64,000 nucleotides of DNA from Octopus sinensis (GCF_006345805.1 NC_042997.1:110174001-110238000); one strand, 5' to 3'; shown: positions 26,960 to 41,612, counted from the stretch's first letter. The notes: generated from the sequence alone by a model not told the origin. Program-made: numbers and translations.

Positions 26960-27335
26960 CGTTTCTTTATTGGTCACAAAAACAGATATGGACAATACAA
27001 GACAAAGGTCACGTGGGTTTAACACAGAAATTGCGTTAACAATAAAATAACAATAACGATTAACAATACAATTTAAACAATAAAAAAAATTTCCCAAATG
27101 GGGTTGGTTTCTCACAGGGACAACCGAGAACCCCCCCCCCCCCGGTTATCCAGATCTCCAGGTGCGCCTCGGCAGGCGCCTCTCTCCTTCTCGGCCCCTG
27201 CAGTTTATAATCGAATGTTCAGAGCAGGCCTATACATAGGGGCTATCCTCGCCATATTCAACCATCGATCAACAAGAATACTAGGGGCAGACCTTCCCTC
27301 TCCACCTCCACTTTCCTTTTCAAGTGGAAATTGAA
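26950..27335 (-). mobile_element. Short 3' end of a third Tx1-like LINE subfamily
   Basis: HLKRKVEVEREG/..DRWLNMARIAPM aligns with HLKKKVRVERQV..KRWVNVARMARM of the 64-kb element. Tail tttgtgaccaataaagaaacg runs into (ATT)n. Confidence 0.75.
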
Positions 27336-27559
27336 AAAGTCGATGAATAATAACGGTTTCAAAGTTGGGCATAAGCCCAGCAAGTTCAGTGGGGCTGGTA
27401 CTTATTTTATCGACCCCCAAAAAGGTGAAAGGGAAAGTTGACCTCGGCGGAATTTGAACTCAGAAGGTAGTGACTGACGAAATAATGCCAAGCATTTCAA
27501 CCGACGTGCTAACCATTCTACCAACTGCAATAATAAGATAACATTCTGGCACATAAAGA

Positions 27560-28900
27560 ATACAAGAAAAGACATGACAACTTAGAGAGAGTTATCCATT
27601 GGGAGTTGTGTAGATAGCTAGGATTTGACCATACTGATAAATGGTATGAACAAGAACCTAGTAAAGTTCGTGAAAGTAAGAATATAAGATGTGGGACTTT
27701 AACATTCAAACTGACAGAGTGATAAAAGCGAGAAGGCCTGCCGAAGACAGCATAAGAAATATGAGCAAAAAGATGAGTAATTGGAAAGCAGCAGGAGCTG
27801 ATGGTGTTCAGGGATCTGGGATAAAAATTTCAGTAAGTGCCATAAATTGATTGCAGAGCAACCTAATGTATTGATAGATGGAAAAGAAGAAATTCCAGCG
27901 GTGGCTGACCAAAGGATGACCAGTGTTGTGCTTGAAGGATGCATCGAAATGAAAATCTGCCGACAGTTACAGGCCAATTTCTTGCCGTCCATTAATGTGG
28001 AAGTTACTGTCAGGGGAGATTGCAGAAGAAAAGGGTTTCAGGAGGAGATGCAGAGGTACCAAAGACCAGTTATTGATAGACAAAATGGTAAAGCAAGATT
28101 GTAAGCGAAGGAGGACAAATCCGGGAAAGGTCTGGGTTGATTGCCGCAAAAATTACGATGTGATTCCACATTCATGGATCATCGTGTGTTAGAATTACTT
28201 TGGATTGCATGTTTTCTGAAGAGAAATATGGTGGCATCTTACGGACAAAGCTTAGGGTCCTGGACATCAGGAGAGGGATTTTCTAAGGAGGTATTTTAGC
28301 TCCACTGCTTTCTGTTTTTTGTCTGATTCCTCTGATCTTGGTACTGAGGAAAATGAACGTGGGATAAAGGGAAAAATCTCAAAGAATCAACCATCTCCTC
28401 ATTATGGACTATTTGAAGCTGTATGGCAAGAATGAGGCACAAGTGAGTTCTTTGGCGAACATGACCCACTGTTTTAGGGTTGATATTAAGATGGAATTCG
28501 AACTCAAGAAGTGTGATGTAATGAGCCTGAAAAGAGGCAAGCCGCAGTCCCTGGCAGGTATAGAGTTACCTAACAGAGAAACGACTACACCAGTAAACAA
28601 GTGTCACCTTAGCCTGCTGGCTGTGGACAGCTGATGCTTTCCATCGTACCCAGCAAATTAAGCGTTGAGAGTTTTAATCAAATAATAATAACAATCACAA
28701 CAACAACAACAATAATACTAATACTACAACTACTACTAATAATAATTGAAGAAATCGGTCCTTGGAGACAATGTCAGAAGGCACCAAGAGGAATATGAAA
28801 GAAATTGGAATAAAGTGGAACTGTTACAAAAAGTTTTGCTTCTTTGGCATGGCCGGAAGCATCAGAAATGTATTGGATAGTTGTAAAAACAAAGATAGAA
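27560..28900 (+). pseudogene. Decayed R4/Dong-like LINE reverse transcriptase fragment
   Basis: [22 protein letters not shown]; [16 protein letters not shown]; RRGIF*GG; MDYLKLYGKNE. Many frameshifts. Confidence 0.8.
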
Positions 28901-29672
28901 TGGTACCGTAGGCAGCAAGTCTGCTACGCATGCAAGACTCCAGAACTGTCATGAAAACCTGAGTAACAAATAAACATAATCCTTTCTACTACAGGAACAA
29001 GGCCTGAAATGTTGCGGGGAGGTTAGTCTATTACATCGACCCCTGTGTGCGACTGGTACTTATTTCATCGACCCCAAAAGGATAAAAGACAGTGGCGGTC
29101 CCAGTGGAATTTGAACACAGAACCGTAAAGACAAACGAAATGCCGCTAAGTATTCTGTCCGGCGTGCTAACGATTCTGCCAGTTCGCTTCATTATTGAAA
29201 GTACCGGCGTTTCAACTAAGTTACACCAACACTAACCCATTATTTTGTCGTGTATTTGTCTATAGATTTCGTTTATGATTTGTTAATCCTAAAAGCAATC
29301 TAACCTTCCTGTCACCAACTTACCCCTAACCCAGTTCCAATCTGCACACTGAGTTAATCCTCAACTCTGAATATATACACACATAATTATTACAAAAACT
29401 CTATAAAACCAAAGCCAGTGCCTCTTCAAAGATCTTCAAAATGGTAATTTCTTGTTCCATGGATTCTACACTCGATTTTTCTACTTCAATACACTGGAAT
29501 CCCGCCTCTACAACCTTTTCTCCCCAAGCCCTTAACACTCTCCCACAAACACTCATATACAATAATTTAAGCCTTTAGCGCATATATATATATATATATA
29601 CGCATACGTTTATGTGTTTGTCTGTGTATCTATTTATCTGTCTGTCTGTCTATCTGTTTGTCTATCTGTCTG

Positions 29673-29768
<96 letters not shown>

Positions 29769-30540
29769 ATATCTATCTATTTATCTATCTATCTGTTTGC
29801 CTGCCTGTCTGTCTGTCTGTCTATATATAAATGTATATATTCGCAGGTGTGTGCATATATCTCTGTGTAGATCGAAATACATATAAGGATACACCCAATG
29901 TAAGTGAAGTCTACATACATATTTGTGTGTGTGTGTGTGTATGTGTGTGCACGCATGTGTATATGTATATATATATGTATGCTTGTATGTATGTATATTG
30001 TCTAACATCCTGTGTTAACCGCGTGTTGCTTTCGTTTTCTAGATTGCATTGCTGTACATGTATAACCAACACTGCAATGAATTTTCCACCTTCTCCTTCT
30101 CCTCATCCCCCTCATCATCATCATGCTCACCGTCATCAATCACCATCACAACAACAACAACAACGTCACCAGCTGCTGCTGCTGCTGGTACTACTACTGC
30201 TGCTGTATCACAAGAAATATCAAAAATAACTTCAAAGGCATTTTAATTCTTACCAATAATCTGGTGCCATATGCGTCGTTTATCAAACCCGTATCTCAGA
30301 CTTGTGCGATATTAAATATTCACACACACACACACACACACACGTATGCGTGCGTGCCTGTGTGTGTGTGTGTGATATTATACTATTATTATTCTTCAGA
30401 TGATGGGATTAAGAAGTATAACACGGCGACATATTCTGCGAACCATCTCTGATCCGTAAACCGCTTCGGTTTAGTCAAATATTCGTAAAGCTTCAAGATC
30501 AGAAGAGATTTATTTCACTGATCTGGAATCAACAGAACAG

Positions 30541-30616
<76 letters not shown>

Positions 30617-30711
30617 AGAGTTAATATACAACTTCCACACGTGCACCCCACCAAAACAATGCTGAAGATAGCGATGCAGTGGAAGCTCGCATGAAGCTGC
30701 TGAAAGATAAT

Positions 30712-30749
<38 letters not shown>

Positions 30750-31016
30750 TGATGACAATGATGATGATGATGATGTTGATGATAATAATAATAATGAGGG
30801 TTTCAAATTTTGGCACAAGGCCAGCAATTTTGGGGGCACGGGGTAAGTCGATTACATCGACCCCAGTGTTCAATTGGTACTCATTTTATCGAGCCTCAAA
30901 GAATGAAAGGCAAAATAATAATGATAATAATAATAATTATAATAATGACAAAAACTACAGCAATAATTGTAATAGCAACGACGATGACACACGGCGCAGA
31001 TGATGACGATAATAAC

Positions 31017-31048
<32 letters not shown>

Positions 31049-31287
31049 CGACGACGATGATGATAATGATGATGATGATGATGATGATGATGCTAGGGCA
31101 GGACTTCAACGCGGAGAAAAATTAGTTTGCAATATGAAATGTTTATAAAAGTTTAAAGAAGAAAGCGAATAACTTAACAGTAAAAAAAAAACAAGAAATA
31201 TATATAAATGTACAATAACATTTATAAATAAAATATAAATACAATATTATAGATGGGAAAAATATACACAAAAACATTATACACAGG

Positions 31288-31318
<31 letters not shown>

Positions 31319-31559
31319 GCACACGCATAATATTTATACATACATATATTGTGTATATGAAAGTGTAATGTTTTAAAGTAATAAATAATTGGCTCCGCGT
31401 CTCTTGGCAAACTTTGTAACAAAGTGAATTCAATAGAATCTCGTGGAAATGTCATATTGAAAAATTGTAAACATACACCAACAGATATATAAACACAGAA
31501 ACACAAACCTATATACACAATCACACGTACGCATTCATACATATACACATATATATATA

Positions 31560-31623
<64 letters not shown>

Positions 31624-32039
31624 CCAAACACTTAAAAATACAATGGCGTCACATCCGGTTGCACATACCATCACACATGCAATAATGCAACATGCATATA
31701 TATATATATATATATATGTAGATATGCATATGTATGTATGTAAGTGCTTGTGTGTGTTCCCCCGTTCTCTGTTTATTGGCATGATATCAGCGCGAAGATG
31801 AAACATTTTCAGTTGTCTATGATCTCCGCAATATTTCAAATAATTATATTGTTTTGTCCGTGTTCCATCTTGGAAAATAAATATTTCCTTGCATATCATC
31901 TTTTGATAAAAAGAGTAAACATACTCGTCGACAAATATATATATATATATGTTGATACTTGCATCCATCGACTGGTTCCAGACTCCTGGATGAATACACT
32001 GTGGAGCAACCATTAAACACATCTCTTGCATGATGGATG

Positions 32040-32070
<31 letters not shown>

Positions 32071-33399
32071 ATATTTGTATATGCATATATATATATGTGT
32101 GTGTGTGTGTATGTGTGTATGCATTTGCGTATATAAATATGTATATATGAATATATATGTATGTATGCATGCATATATATATACACACACATACGTATAT
32201 ATATATGTGTATGGCTGTGTGTCTGTGTGTGCGTGTATGTGTGTGTGCGTGCGTGTGTATATTGAAATTGCAACGCGGTTTAGGTTTATTGATAACTTGC
32301 TGGTGTCACACTGGAAATTGCATTATTCCTGTGAAATGATGTCGAACAGTTTTATTCCTTGGACTCCAGAAATTACATTTGGCATTGTAGAGATTTCATT
32401 TGAACAATGAGCTGCGCACAATAACCAGAAAAGATCTTACGAAGCCAGTTTAGTTGTATTTTTCCGACCACGTGTTCAACGTGAGCAGGAAGAGACATCT
32501 ATGCTCGATAGTTCTAAACTGTCATAATTCCAGAAACATCGGGTTTTTGGATCTAATGGACTTAATCCAAGTCGTTACTGTGCTCTAAGTAAAAATATTC
32601 GACACGGAATTATACTTGTTTTTAATCATTCGTTGGTTGCCTATTGAAATCGTATGTATATTAGTAATACTATTACTACACAAGGCTTGGCCTGGCTGTG
32701 TGGTAAGGAGTATCATGTGATCGGGAAGCAAGCTTCTTACCACAGACGAAATACCGCTAAGCATTTCGCCCGGTGTGCTAACGATTCTTCCAGCTCGCCG
32801 CCATATATCTACATGTATATGACGCGCTTCTTTCAGTTTCCGTCTACCAAATCCACTCACAAGGCTTTGGTCGCCCCGAGGCTATAGCAGAAGACACTTG
32901 CCGACGGTGTCACGCAGTAGGACTGAACCCGGAACCATGTAGTTGGTAAGCAAGCTGGGGTGTGTGTGAGAGAATGAGGGAGAGAGAGAGAGAGAGAGAG
33001 AGAAAGGGAGGAAAAGTGAGGAAGATAAAAAGTAGCACATTCAATAGTTTGGCGAAAATAGTTTCAATAACTGGGCATTGATAGTAGATAATGGTCAGAA
33101 GCGATCTCAGATCCCTTCTTGCCTTCCTGTTGAGGGTTTAAACATCGTAGTGACGGTAGCGGTGTAAAACGAATAGTTTCGAAGGAGTTGTTATCTTGTG
33201 TATGTTAGGGAAAGAAACCAGGGGCTTTTTCAGTGGTTGGAGTTTTTTCAATTCTTGTTGACCAACAAAACAAACGTTGTCCTATGAAAGCTTATAGTCT
33301 CGATCTTTAAAATCCGCCATATTTTATAAGAACCATATTTTTCTTTTAATAGTTCCTTCAACGTACTCAATGCATATTATACTCTTCTATATTTAAGAG

Positions 33400-33535
33400 A
33401 TGAGGAATTATTTACATTATTTACATTTGACGGATATTTGTCCTCATCTTGGTAGTTGTTAACACAATGTTTTGGCTGATATTCTCTCCAGACTTCATCA
33501 GGTGTCTGCGTTCACATTCCTAAGGTAATTTTTGA

Positions 33536-33540
<5 letters not shown>
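33400..33540 (-). mobile_element. Short Penelope-type terminal-repeat element with a decayed minimal HHR (same family as 40.9-41.6 kb)
   Basis: Reverse complement: taccttaggaatg..gacacCTGATGAagtctggagagaatatcagccaaaacattgtgttaac..gatgaggacaaatatccgtcaaatg; adjacent to (ATT)n. Confidence 0.65.
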
Positions 33541-33587
<47 letters not shown>

Positions 33588-33645
33588 GTTGTTGTTGTTG
33601 TTGTTGTTAATATTATTATTATTACTATTATTATTATTATTATTA

Positions 33646-33702
<57 letters not shown>

Positions 33703-33907
33703 TATTATTATTATGCGTATCTTCGTGTGTATGTCTGTTTGTATGTGCATCTTTCATTGCTTTATTTCAGGTACCGCCCCCAAGATCAAGCTGGAGCAGA
33801 ATCTATTATTATTTTATGTATTTTAGAATTATTAATATGCGACGTTCAAAAAATGTGTCTGTGTCTATGTACGTTTGTATGTTTGTGTGTACATGTGTGT
33901 ATGTATG

Positions 33908-34900
33908 ATTTCTTTATTACCCACAAGGGGCAACACAAAGAATATTACATGGACAAACACAAACACAAACACAAACACAAGCTCGGGGAACTAAATACAA
34001 AAGAAGATGAAATAGAAATAGAAAAAATTAAAACAAACGAATAACATGAGAAGAATATAAAATAAGGCGCAATGCCCACTCGATCCCCGAAATCGAGTGG
34101 TTACATTTGGACAGTTTTTTTCTCTTATTCTTTTTACACGACACATTCTCCAAAAAATTTCCCAATTTTCTTCTTAACAGAAATAATTCACATTTTTCTC
34201 CACCAAAATGTCTATTCTAAATTCATTACCTCACTCTTGAAACCTTTCAGTCTGGTAAAGTCCACAACCGGCGGCCTTCCATTATTGTACACCGGACCAT
34301 CCAATCTTGCCATGAACTCTCTGTAATGTTTCCACAGTTCGTTGCTCGCTGACTCACTCACCCTTTTCTTTTCTACTCTAGGCACAAGGCCCGAAATTTT
34401 GGGGGAGGGGTTGCTAGGAGATTATATCGACCCCTAGTACGCAACTGGTACTTAATTTATCGACCTCGAAAGGATAAAAGGCAAAGTCGACCTCGGTGGA
34501 ATTTGAACTTAAAACGTAAAAAACAGACGAATTACTGCTAAGCATTTCGCCCAGCATGCAACCTTTTCTGCCAGCTCGCCGCCTTGCTAACTCACTCACC
34601 ATCACACACTTTTCCTCCTCTCTGAACGTCTCCTTAGGCAGCTTTATTCTCACCAAATTTTTCCACTTTGATATTTTCATCTCTACCTCTATTGATTTCT
34701 TGTAAAAAATCAGGACTCCTTTATATTCACTTTTAAACTCACTGGTCTCTGACCTTCTGGTCTTTTCTCTACTTCTTGTGTTTCAGGCAGCTCTATATCC
34801 TTTATGTCCGTCTTCTCTGCTTCTGCTGTCGCTTTCTGTAACACTTCCCTTGATTTTGCCTTCTTCTTCTCTTGGAGCTGACGACTCCATCGCTCCCCTA
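33908..34900 (-). mobile_element. Decayed LINE-like 3' fragment interrupted by a SINE
   Basis: Tail gccccttgtgggtaataaagagaatc resembles the Tx1 tails. The reading frame continues across the SINE (..EEKCVMVSE|SASNELWKHYREF..FTRLKG). Confidence 0.45.
34363..34585 (-). mobile_element. SINE family A with 15-bp TSD
   Basis: gctgactcactcacc (34348-62) / gctaactcactcacc (34586-600), one mismatch. Confidence 0.9.
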
Positions 34901-36161
34901 TTTTGCATATGATCTTCACGCGCTAGACTTACCTCCACCGAGTAAAATAATTACATATTATTCTTCGACACAAAACAAACGAGGTGTGATACAGTCATGA
35001 AGTATATTAACAATTTTACATTTTATGATGTTTTATTTTCAAATTTTTCATTTAAAATATTTTGAAAATCATTCAATTTCAGACTTCTCTGCAGTGGAGG
35101 GGAAAAAGACAATTATAGAAATATTTAGAACATTTCTAAAACATTCTAGAATGTACCAAACTTTCAGTACAAAATAGATAGAATAAGTACAAAATAGATA
35201 CAATTAGTACAAGTATAGTACGAACAAATTATTAATTTCTTATTTGATTAGTTTTGGTCAATTAAGAATAGTGCCAAGAATTAGGCGACAAATCAGCGAT
35301 GATATGAAAATAATGATTATTGTTCTTAATTAAACTGAGAATTCAATTTGATTGACTACTGATCTCTCGTTCACTGTCTTATTCTGATATCTTAGCATCC
35401 AGCTCCTTTTTGTCTAAATCTTTTCACCTTCTCCATTCAGGTGATGTTTGTTCGCAAAATATTCACCTCGTTGAATTCAGGTAATTTTGAGGCATCGCCG
35501 TGTTCCTACCTGATTGTTTCTCTTCAGTCAAAATTAATTCCCGATCAATGAAACTAAACACGAACGGTTGTCTTTGCTTTGACAATTCTGCAAACAAATT
35601 ATTGGCTGATGTGTATTGATGTCTTCCAAGTCAATATTAAAGTGTCACGTGCACGTAGAACAGCAACAATATAAACAGTGATGTCTGTATTCATTGCTAA
35701 TATGTTCTGGTAAGATTTCTACCTGGATATATGAATGACTGTTGCATTTCGTCTCCTGAGGATACCTACTTTCAAACAATATACTCTGGCAATACGCTTG
35801 ATTCATTGGCCTAAGGAGACTTGTCGCCTTTCTCTATTCCTCTGGGTCGAATCTTTCTTCGAGCCATGCAGCACAATCACCGATTTCCTTGTTTCAAATA
35901 TTCTAGACTTTGCTCCTTCTTCATTTGTCTCATTATTTTTAGCGATGGGTTCTCCGATAGTTTCGAACATGACCATTCGAGTGTTCAAGCAACTGAATCC
36001 CTACTTGTGAAATGTGATAAGTGACTGAGTATTCCTGAGATACGAGCACCGCTAACGTAATTTACAGGTCGTATCAGAGTAACAAAGCCAAACATTTGAA
36101 TTACTGGTACAATCCAGAAAGGGAGAGAGAGTGAAAGAGAGAGAGAGAGAGAGAGTGTGAA

Positions 36162-36195
<34 letters not shown>

Positions 36196-36429
36196 GAAGA
36201 AAGAGAGAATATATTGGTTCCAGCATAGAAATTACTATAATAGTTATTGACCCCAAAATGATGGAAGGCAAATTAGACCTTGGTGGAATTTGAACTCAGG
36301 TCCAGAGATTCGGAAGAAATACGACGAGCTGTCATGTACGATGCTTTAACGCCTTTAGTGGTGGCACATATTAAATTTCATTTAATTTACAGTACATTGT
36401 TCACTTATATATTTGATTATTGATGGTGT

Positions 36430-36820
36430 AGGCGCAGGAGTGGACGTGTGGCAAAGAGGTTTGCTTCTCAACCTCATGGTTCCAGGTTCAGTCCCACTGC
36501 ATGGCATCTTGAACAAGTGTCGTCTACTATAGCCTCAGGCCGACCAAAGCCTTGTGAATGGATTTGGTAGATGGAAACTGAAAGAAGCCCGTTGTGTGTG
36601 TGTTTGTGTGTGTGCGTGCGCGCTCGCGCTTTTGTGTCTGTCTCCCCAGCACCACTTCACAACCGGTGTTAGTGTATTTATGTTGTCGTAACCTAGCGGT
36701 TCGATAAAAGGACTGATAGAATAAGCAACAAGCTTAGAACTAAGTACTGCAGTTGATTCGTTCGACTAACATTCTTCAAGGCGGTACCCCAGCATGGCCA
36801 GAGTATGGTGATTAAAGCAA
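36430..36820 (+). mobile_element. SINE family B, complete, with (TG)n linker
   Basis: ggcgcaggagtggacgtgtgg..gaaagaagcccg, then (tg)n, then the 3' arm to ccagcatggcc. Confidence 0.85.
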
Positions 36821-37249
36821 TTCAAATATAAACGATATTATAATTATGAATTGGTGAGAGGGATTTTCCTTCGATTTCTGAGATTACTTTTCGTCTGTCG
36901 ATCTTATTTCTTTCGCCGTATAATGATTTACGATTGAAGATGTGACCAAATACATTTTATCGACGAGTATTGGGCAGATGTTCATCTGCAAGTACCATGT
37001 CCCGGTGGGAGGGGGGTGATGAGAGAGCGCACTCGGTGACATAACTAATATCATTGAGATGTCAATAAAACATTCAGTTTGCAAATAATACAAGAAATCC
37101 CTTCCGGTGACTTCCATTTATCAGAGTGAAATTGGCTCAAGGGTAGAACAATTGTTTGTTGTTCCGGTGAATGCAATGAATCTTAAGGCCCCTTCAAACT
37201 GCATTCTATGTTGTGAGCATGTGTGTGCATGTACACACACACACACACA

Positions 37250-37280
<31 letters not shown>

Positions 37281-37580
37281 GAACGCACATTCACACATAC
37301 ATACAAGCAAACAAAATGAATTTTCGATACAAAATCCACAGAAGCCGTCCATACACGGCCGTGTTACAAATGTGTAAAGCTGTGATATATCAAAGTCCTC
37401 TCTCAATATCATCAATGTACACTTGACGGATTCTGAGAGATTCTTTGTGGTTGCTGAGTTGGCTAGACATCGCAGTAAATTCTCACGCTCTCTTGGAAAA
37501 GGAAAAACTCTTCAATAACTTAAACATAACACATTTACGTTGTCACGAGTGGATCGTATTTTATGATAGATCTACTCGAA

Positions 37581-37975
37581 GGCGGCGAGCTGGCAGAGTC
37601 GTTAGTACGCCGGGCGAAATGCTTAGCGGTATTTCGTCTGTCTTTATGTTCTCAGTTCAAATTCCGCTGTGGTCGACTTTACCTTTCATCCTTTCAGGGT
37701 TGATAAATTAAGTACCAGTTACGCACTGGGTTCGATGTAATCGAATTAATCCGTTTGTCTGTCTTTCTTCATCCCCTCTGTGTTTAGCCCCTTGTGGGTA
37801 GTAAAGAAATAGGAATTTCGTCTGCCGCTACGTTCTGAGTTCAAATTCCGCCGAAGTCGACTTTGCCTTTCATCCTTTTGGGGGTCGATTAAATAAGTAC
37901 CAGTTGCGTACTGGGGTCGATGTAATCGACTATCCCCTTCCCCCAAATTTCAGGCCTTGTGCCTTGAGTAGAAAG
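37581..37975 (+). mobile_element. Dimeric SINE family A with 15-bp TSD
   Basis: Two central boxes, joined at gtaaagaaatagg|aatttcgtctg. Perfect TSD gatagatctactcga at 37565-79 and 37976-90. Confidence 0.9.
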
Positions 37976-38269
37976 GATAGATCTACTCGACCGCACCTCA
38001 GCTGAAGTTGAACGACAACTCGAGCGTATTTCAAATTTCGCTTTCATCTCCCGCAGCCTTCATTCATTTTGGTCTCGTTTTCTGTAAACCTCTGCAAAAA
38101 TGGTTCAAATCATCGCTTTCTGTTAATCGTTTACAAACAACTGGCCTCCACATGTTAAGATCATACACTAATTGTGCACACCTCCCCACCATCAATAGAC
38201 TGCTCAGAATCAGTGTAGAACATTCTGGCATCCTTCGACAGGCATACACACGCACACTCATACATAAGC

Positions 38270-38570
38270 CGGTACTCCGTCGGTGGCGACGACGAATGTT
38301 ACTGTTAATCAGATCGACGGAACAGCCTGCTCATGAAATTAACGTTCAAGTGGCTGAGCACCCCATAGACACATGTACTTGATAATTAAGGGAAATTGAG
38401 CGTGACTCAGAATGTGACAAGGCTGGCCCTTTTGAATTACAGCTACAACTAATTTTCGCCAGCTAAGTGAAATATAGTGTCTTGCTCAAGAAAACAACGT
38501 ACCGCCAGGAACCAGCAATCGAACCCACGACCTTCCGATCGCGTGCCGAGTACTGTAACCACTAAGCCAT
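38270..38570 (-). mobile_element. SINE family C, diverged solo copy
   Basis: Collinear with the 8.1-10.1 kb units (gaaattaacgttcaagtggctgagcac; gtgtcttgctcaagaa). Confidence 0.75.
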
Positions 38571-40856
38571 GTTCCTTCCCTTCTCATACATACAGACGCA
38601 CCAGCAACTACACTATGACAGGAGCAAAACAAAATACCCTCCGCTCTGATTCCTTGTTGACCATTTCAGACTCTACTGCCTTTAGACACACAACTGTCCA
38701 TGACCACAACCAAACAGAATCTGTCCGATTGGTTAACAATGCTGCTTTCGCTCAATGACTTAACGTTTCCCCTCTCTATGTCTCTTCTACTATTATTACA
38801 ACGGCCCCTAGTTTCTAGACTGGCAGAATACATATCGTCTCCCTACGCCTTCAATACTTCCTGCACCAGATTCTCACTCTCACACAATTTTACCACCCAT
38901 CCCCCTCCTACTATCCTTTCTTTTATTCATTTATGCTTTTATTTGTTTCAGTCATTTGACAACGGCCATGCTGGAGTACCACCTTTAGTCGAACAAATCG
39001 ACTCCAGGACTTATTCTTTGTGAGCCTGGTGCTCATTCTATCAGTCTCTTTTGCCGAAACGGTATGTTACGAAGACGTAAACACACCAACACCGGTTGCT
39101 AAGCGTAGATGGGGGGGGGGGAACACAGATACACACAGACACACACACACATATATATATATATACGATGGGCTTCTTTCAGTTTCCGTCTACTAAATTC
39201 ACTCACAAGCCCGAGGCTATAGTAGGAGACACTTGCCCAAGGTGCTACGCAGTGGGACTGAACCCAGAACCATGTGCTTTGGAAGCAAGCTTCTTATCAC
39301 ACAGCTACTCTTGCGCCTATAATTATTTTAGCTAGTAAGTGTCTCATTGTTTAACAGATGTCTGTTTATAAACGCACGCTGTCCACCGTTTCTATCAATG
39401 ACTTCATCCTGACATACTGTTAACGACAAGGGCAGGCTTTAATTTTCCATTAACCGTCTAATTATTATTAACAAATATATGTTCTTGCCTTCATTATGGC
39501 TGTGTTGAACCCAATTCCAAGGATGTCAGATGAAATCTCAATGTAGGTTGTCTTCGTCTGGAACGCCTCTACGATTTTTATTTCACCCATTTGTGATGTA
39601 TAATCAAAATACATTCAGAGAAAGTTAGATGCTTTAGTTGTTCGTCCCATGCAGGTGTTAGATATCTTTACACCTCCTAAGAAACCGTGACCTGTCGTTT
39701 CTTGTCGATGCTGCCAACACAAAACCAACACTAAAGCTTTCTACCCATTTTTACCTGAATAGAACTGGAATCCTTTGTAATTTCCTTCCTTGTAGACGTT
39801 CTGCAGATATAGAACTTCATATTCAAATTGCTCATTAACCACAACAACCCTTCCAGTGTGCAACTGCCTGAAGACGTCACGTGGATTTTCCCTCCTCTCC
39901 AAGATTCGAAGTAAAATGCCTATTCAAAGATCCTGTCTGATTCTGTGTGTTGCGACTAAAGACCACAGTATGCTGGAGTGTTCATTTTCAAACACGTTTT
40001 GGGTCTTCTAGATTTACGACACAGCGTCTGTGGCAAACGTGATTGCTACAGAAAACAACAACAACAACAATCATTCACAAGTAATCAACTGTGAAGTTGA
40101 GAAACTTCATTAAAATGTCTGAATATCTCTTACAGCGTACATATAGTCTCTTTACGTTAGCTTCCTAAAACACACACACACACACATACACACAACTGAA
40201 TCAAGATGTCCAGTAGTTTCCATGTCTTCATACAGGAACCGTCATTACAAAGAGTGTGTGCAGATTTCAAGAATAGTTGTTCCTAATGCGATGCGTAAAT
40301 CTTTGGCGTTCTTCTTTAGAAATGAAGATAGATTTCTTTCTGCTGTTTTTTTTTTGTTTTGTTCTGTGGAATGTCAATAAAACTGATATCCATCATTCAT
40401 TTATTCTTTGGGAACATTTCCTTTGTGAATTGAAACTAATTCGGAATGGAAACTGGTGAGGAATTAAACATCCATCTCGTCTCAAGTTGGTGTCATCTGG
40501 CTTTGAAATTTGAACAATATTAATTAGCATCGTTTGACATTGAAATATATTGAACATTAGTAATTTGAGTGGTGGAAATATTAAAAGAAAAGAACAACTG
40601 ATGTTTATAGATATTATCTGAACATAGTGTTGTTATTTTCTATAAGACTTAGTCAAATATCAACCATTTTGTCATTCATATAAAAAAAAACGACAATTGA
40701 ACACGTCACTTAGTGTTATAGCAATATTAGTGAAAAACCTTAAATTCTTAAAATTTCTTCATAACAGAAATGACAGTGGCATTATTTGTTTCAAAGACAT
40801 CGTTTATGGTTTATTGATTAAGTAATACTATAAAACTGGTTTTGATAGTAACATCG

Positions 40857-41014
40857 TAAAATACCTTAGGAATGAGAAAACCAGGTTCGAAATTTTCTCA
40901 AGAAACCTGATGAAGGCTGGAGAGTATATCAGCCAAAACGTTGTGTTAACAACAAACAAGATGAGGACAAATATCCGTCAAATGTAAATGATGCACATAA
41001 TAATAATAATAATA

Positions 41015-41062
<48 letters not shown>

Positions 41063-41122
41063 CAACAACAATAACAACAAAAGCAACAACAACAACAACA
41101 ACACCACCACCACCACCACACC

Positions 41123-41219
<97 letters not shown>

Positions 41220-41443
41220 GTAATAATAATAATAACAACATTGGAAAATACCTTAGGAATGAGAAACCAGGTTCGAAATTTCCTCAAGAAACCTGATGAA
41301 GGCTGGAGAGTATATCAGCCAAAACGTTGTGTTAACAACAAACAAGATGAGGACAAATATCCGTCAAATGTAAATGATGTACATAATAATAATAATAATA
41401 ATAATAACAACACAACAACAACAAAAGCAACAACAACAACAAC

Positions 41444-41475
<32 letters not shown>

Positions 41476-41612
41476 GATTGGAAAATACCTTAGGAATGAG
41501 AACCCAGGTTCGAAATTTCCCCAAGACACGTGATGAAGGCTGAAGGGTATATCAGCCGAAACGCTGTGTTAACAAACAAGATGAAGACAAATATCCGTCA
41601 AATGCAAATAAT
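40857..41612 (+). repeat. Three tandem ~140-bp units with decayed minimal HHR motifs, separated by (AAT)n/(AAC)n/(CAC)n
   Basis: Units start near 40857, 41243 and 41479. Cores CTGATGA at 40907 and 41293, GTGATGA at 41530; stem II GGCTG/CAGCC. Confidence 0.85.

Noticed and set aside
31222-32031. 269-aa minus-strand ORF
   Set aside because: Mostly microsatellite-derived; the non-repetitive part shows no motif I recognise.
40857-41612. CRISPR-like repeat-spacer array (also 7.8-10.7 kb)
   Set aside because: Repeats are 140-300 bp, spacers are microsatellites, there are no cas genes and the context is eukaryotic.
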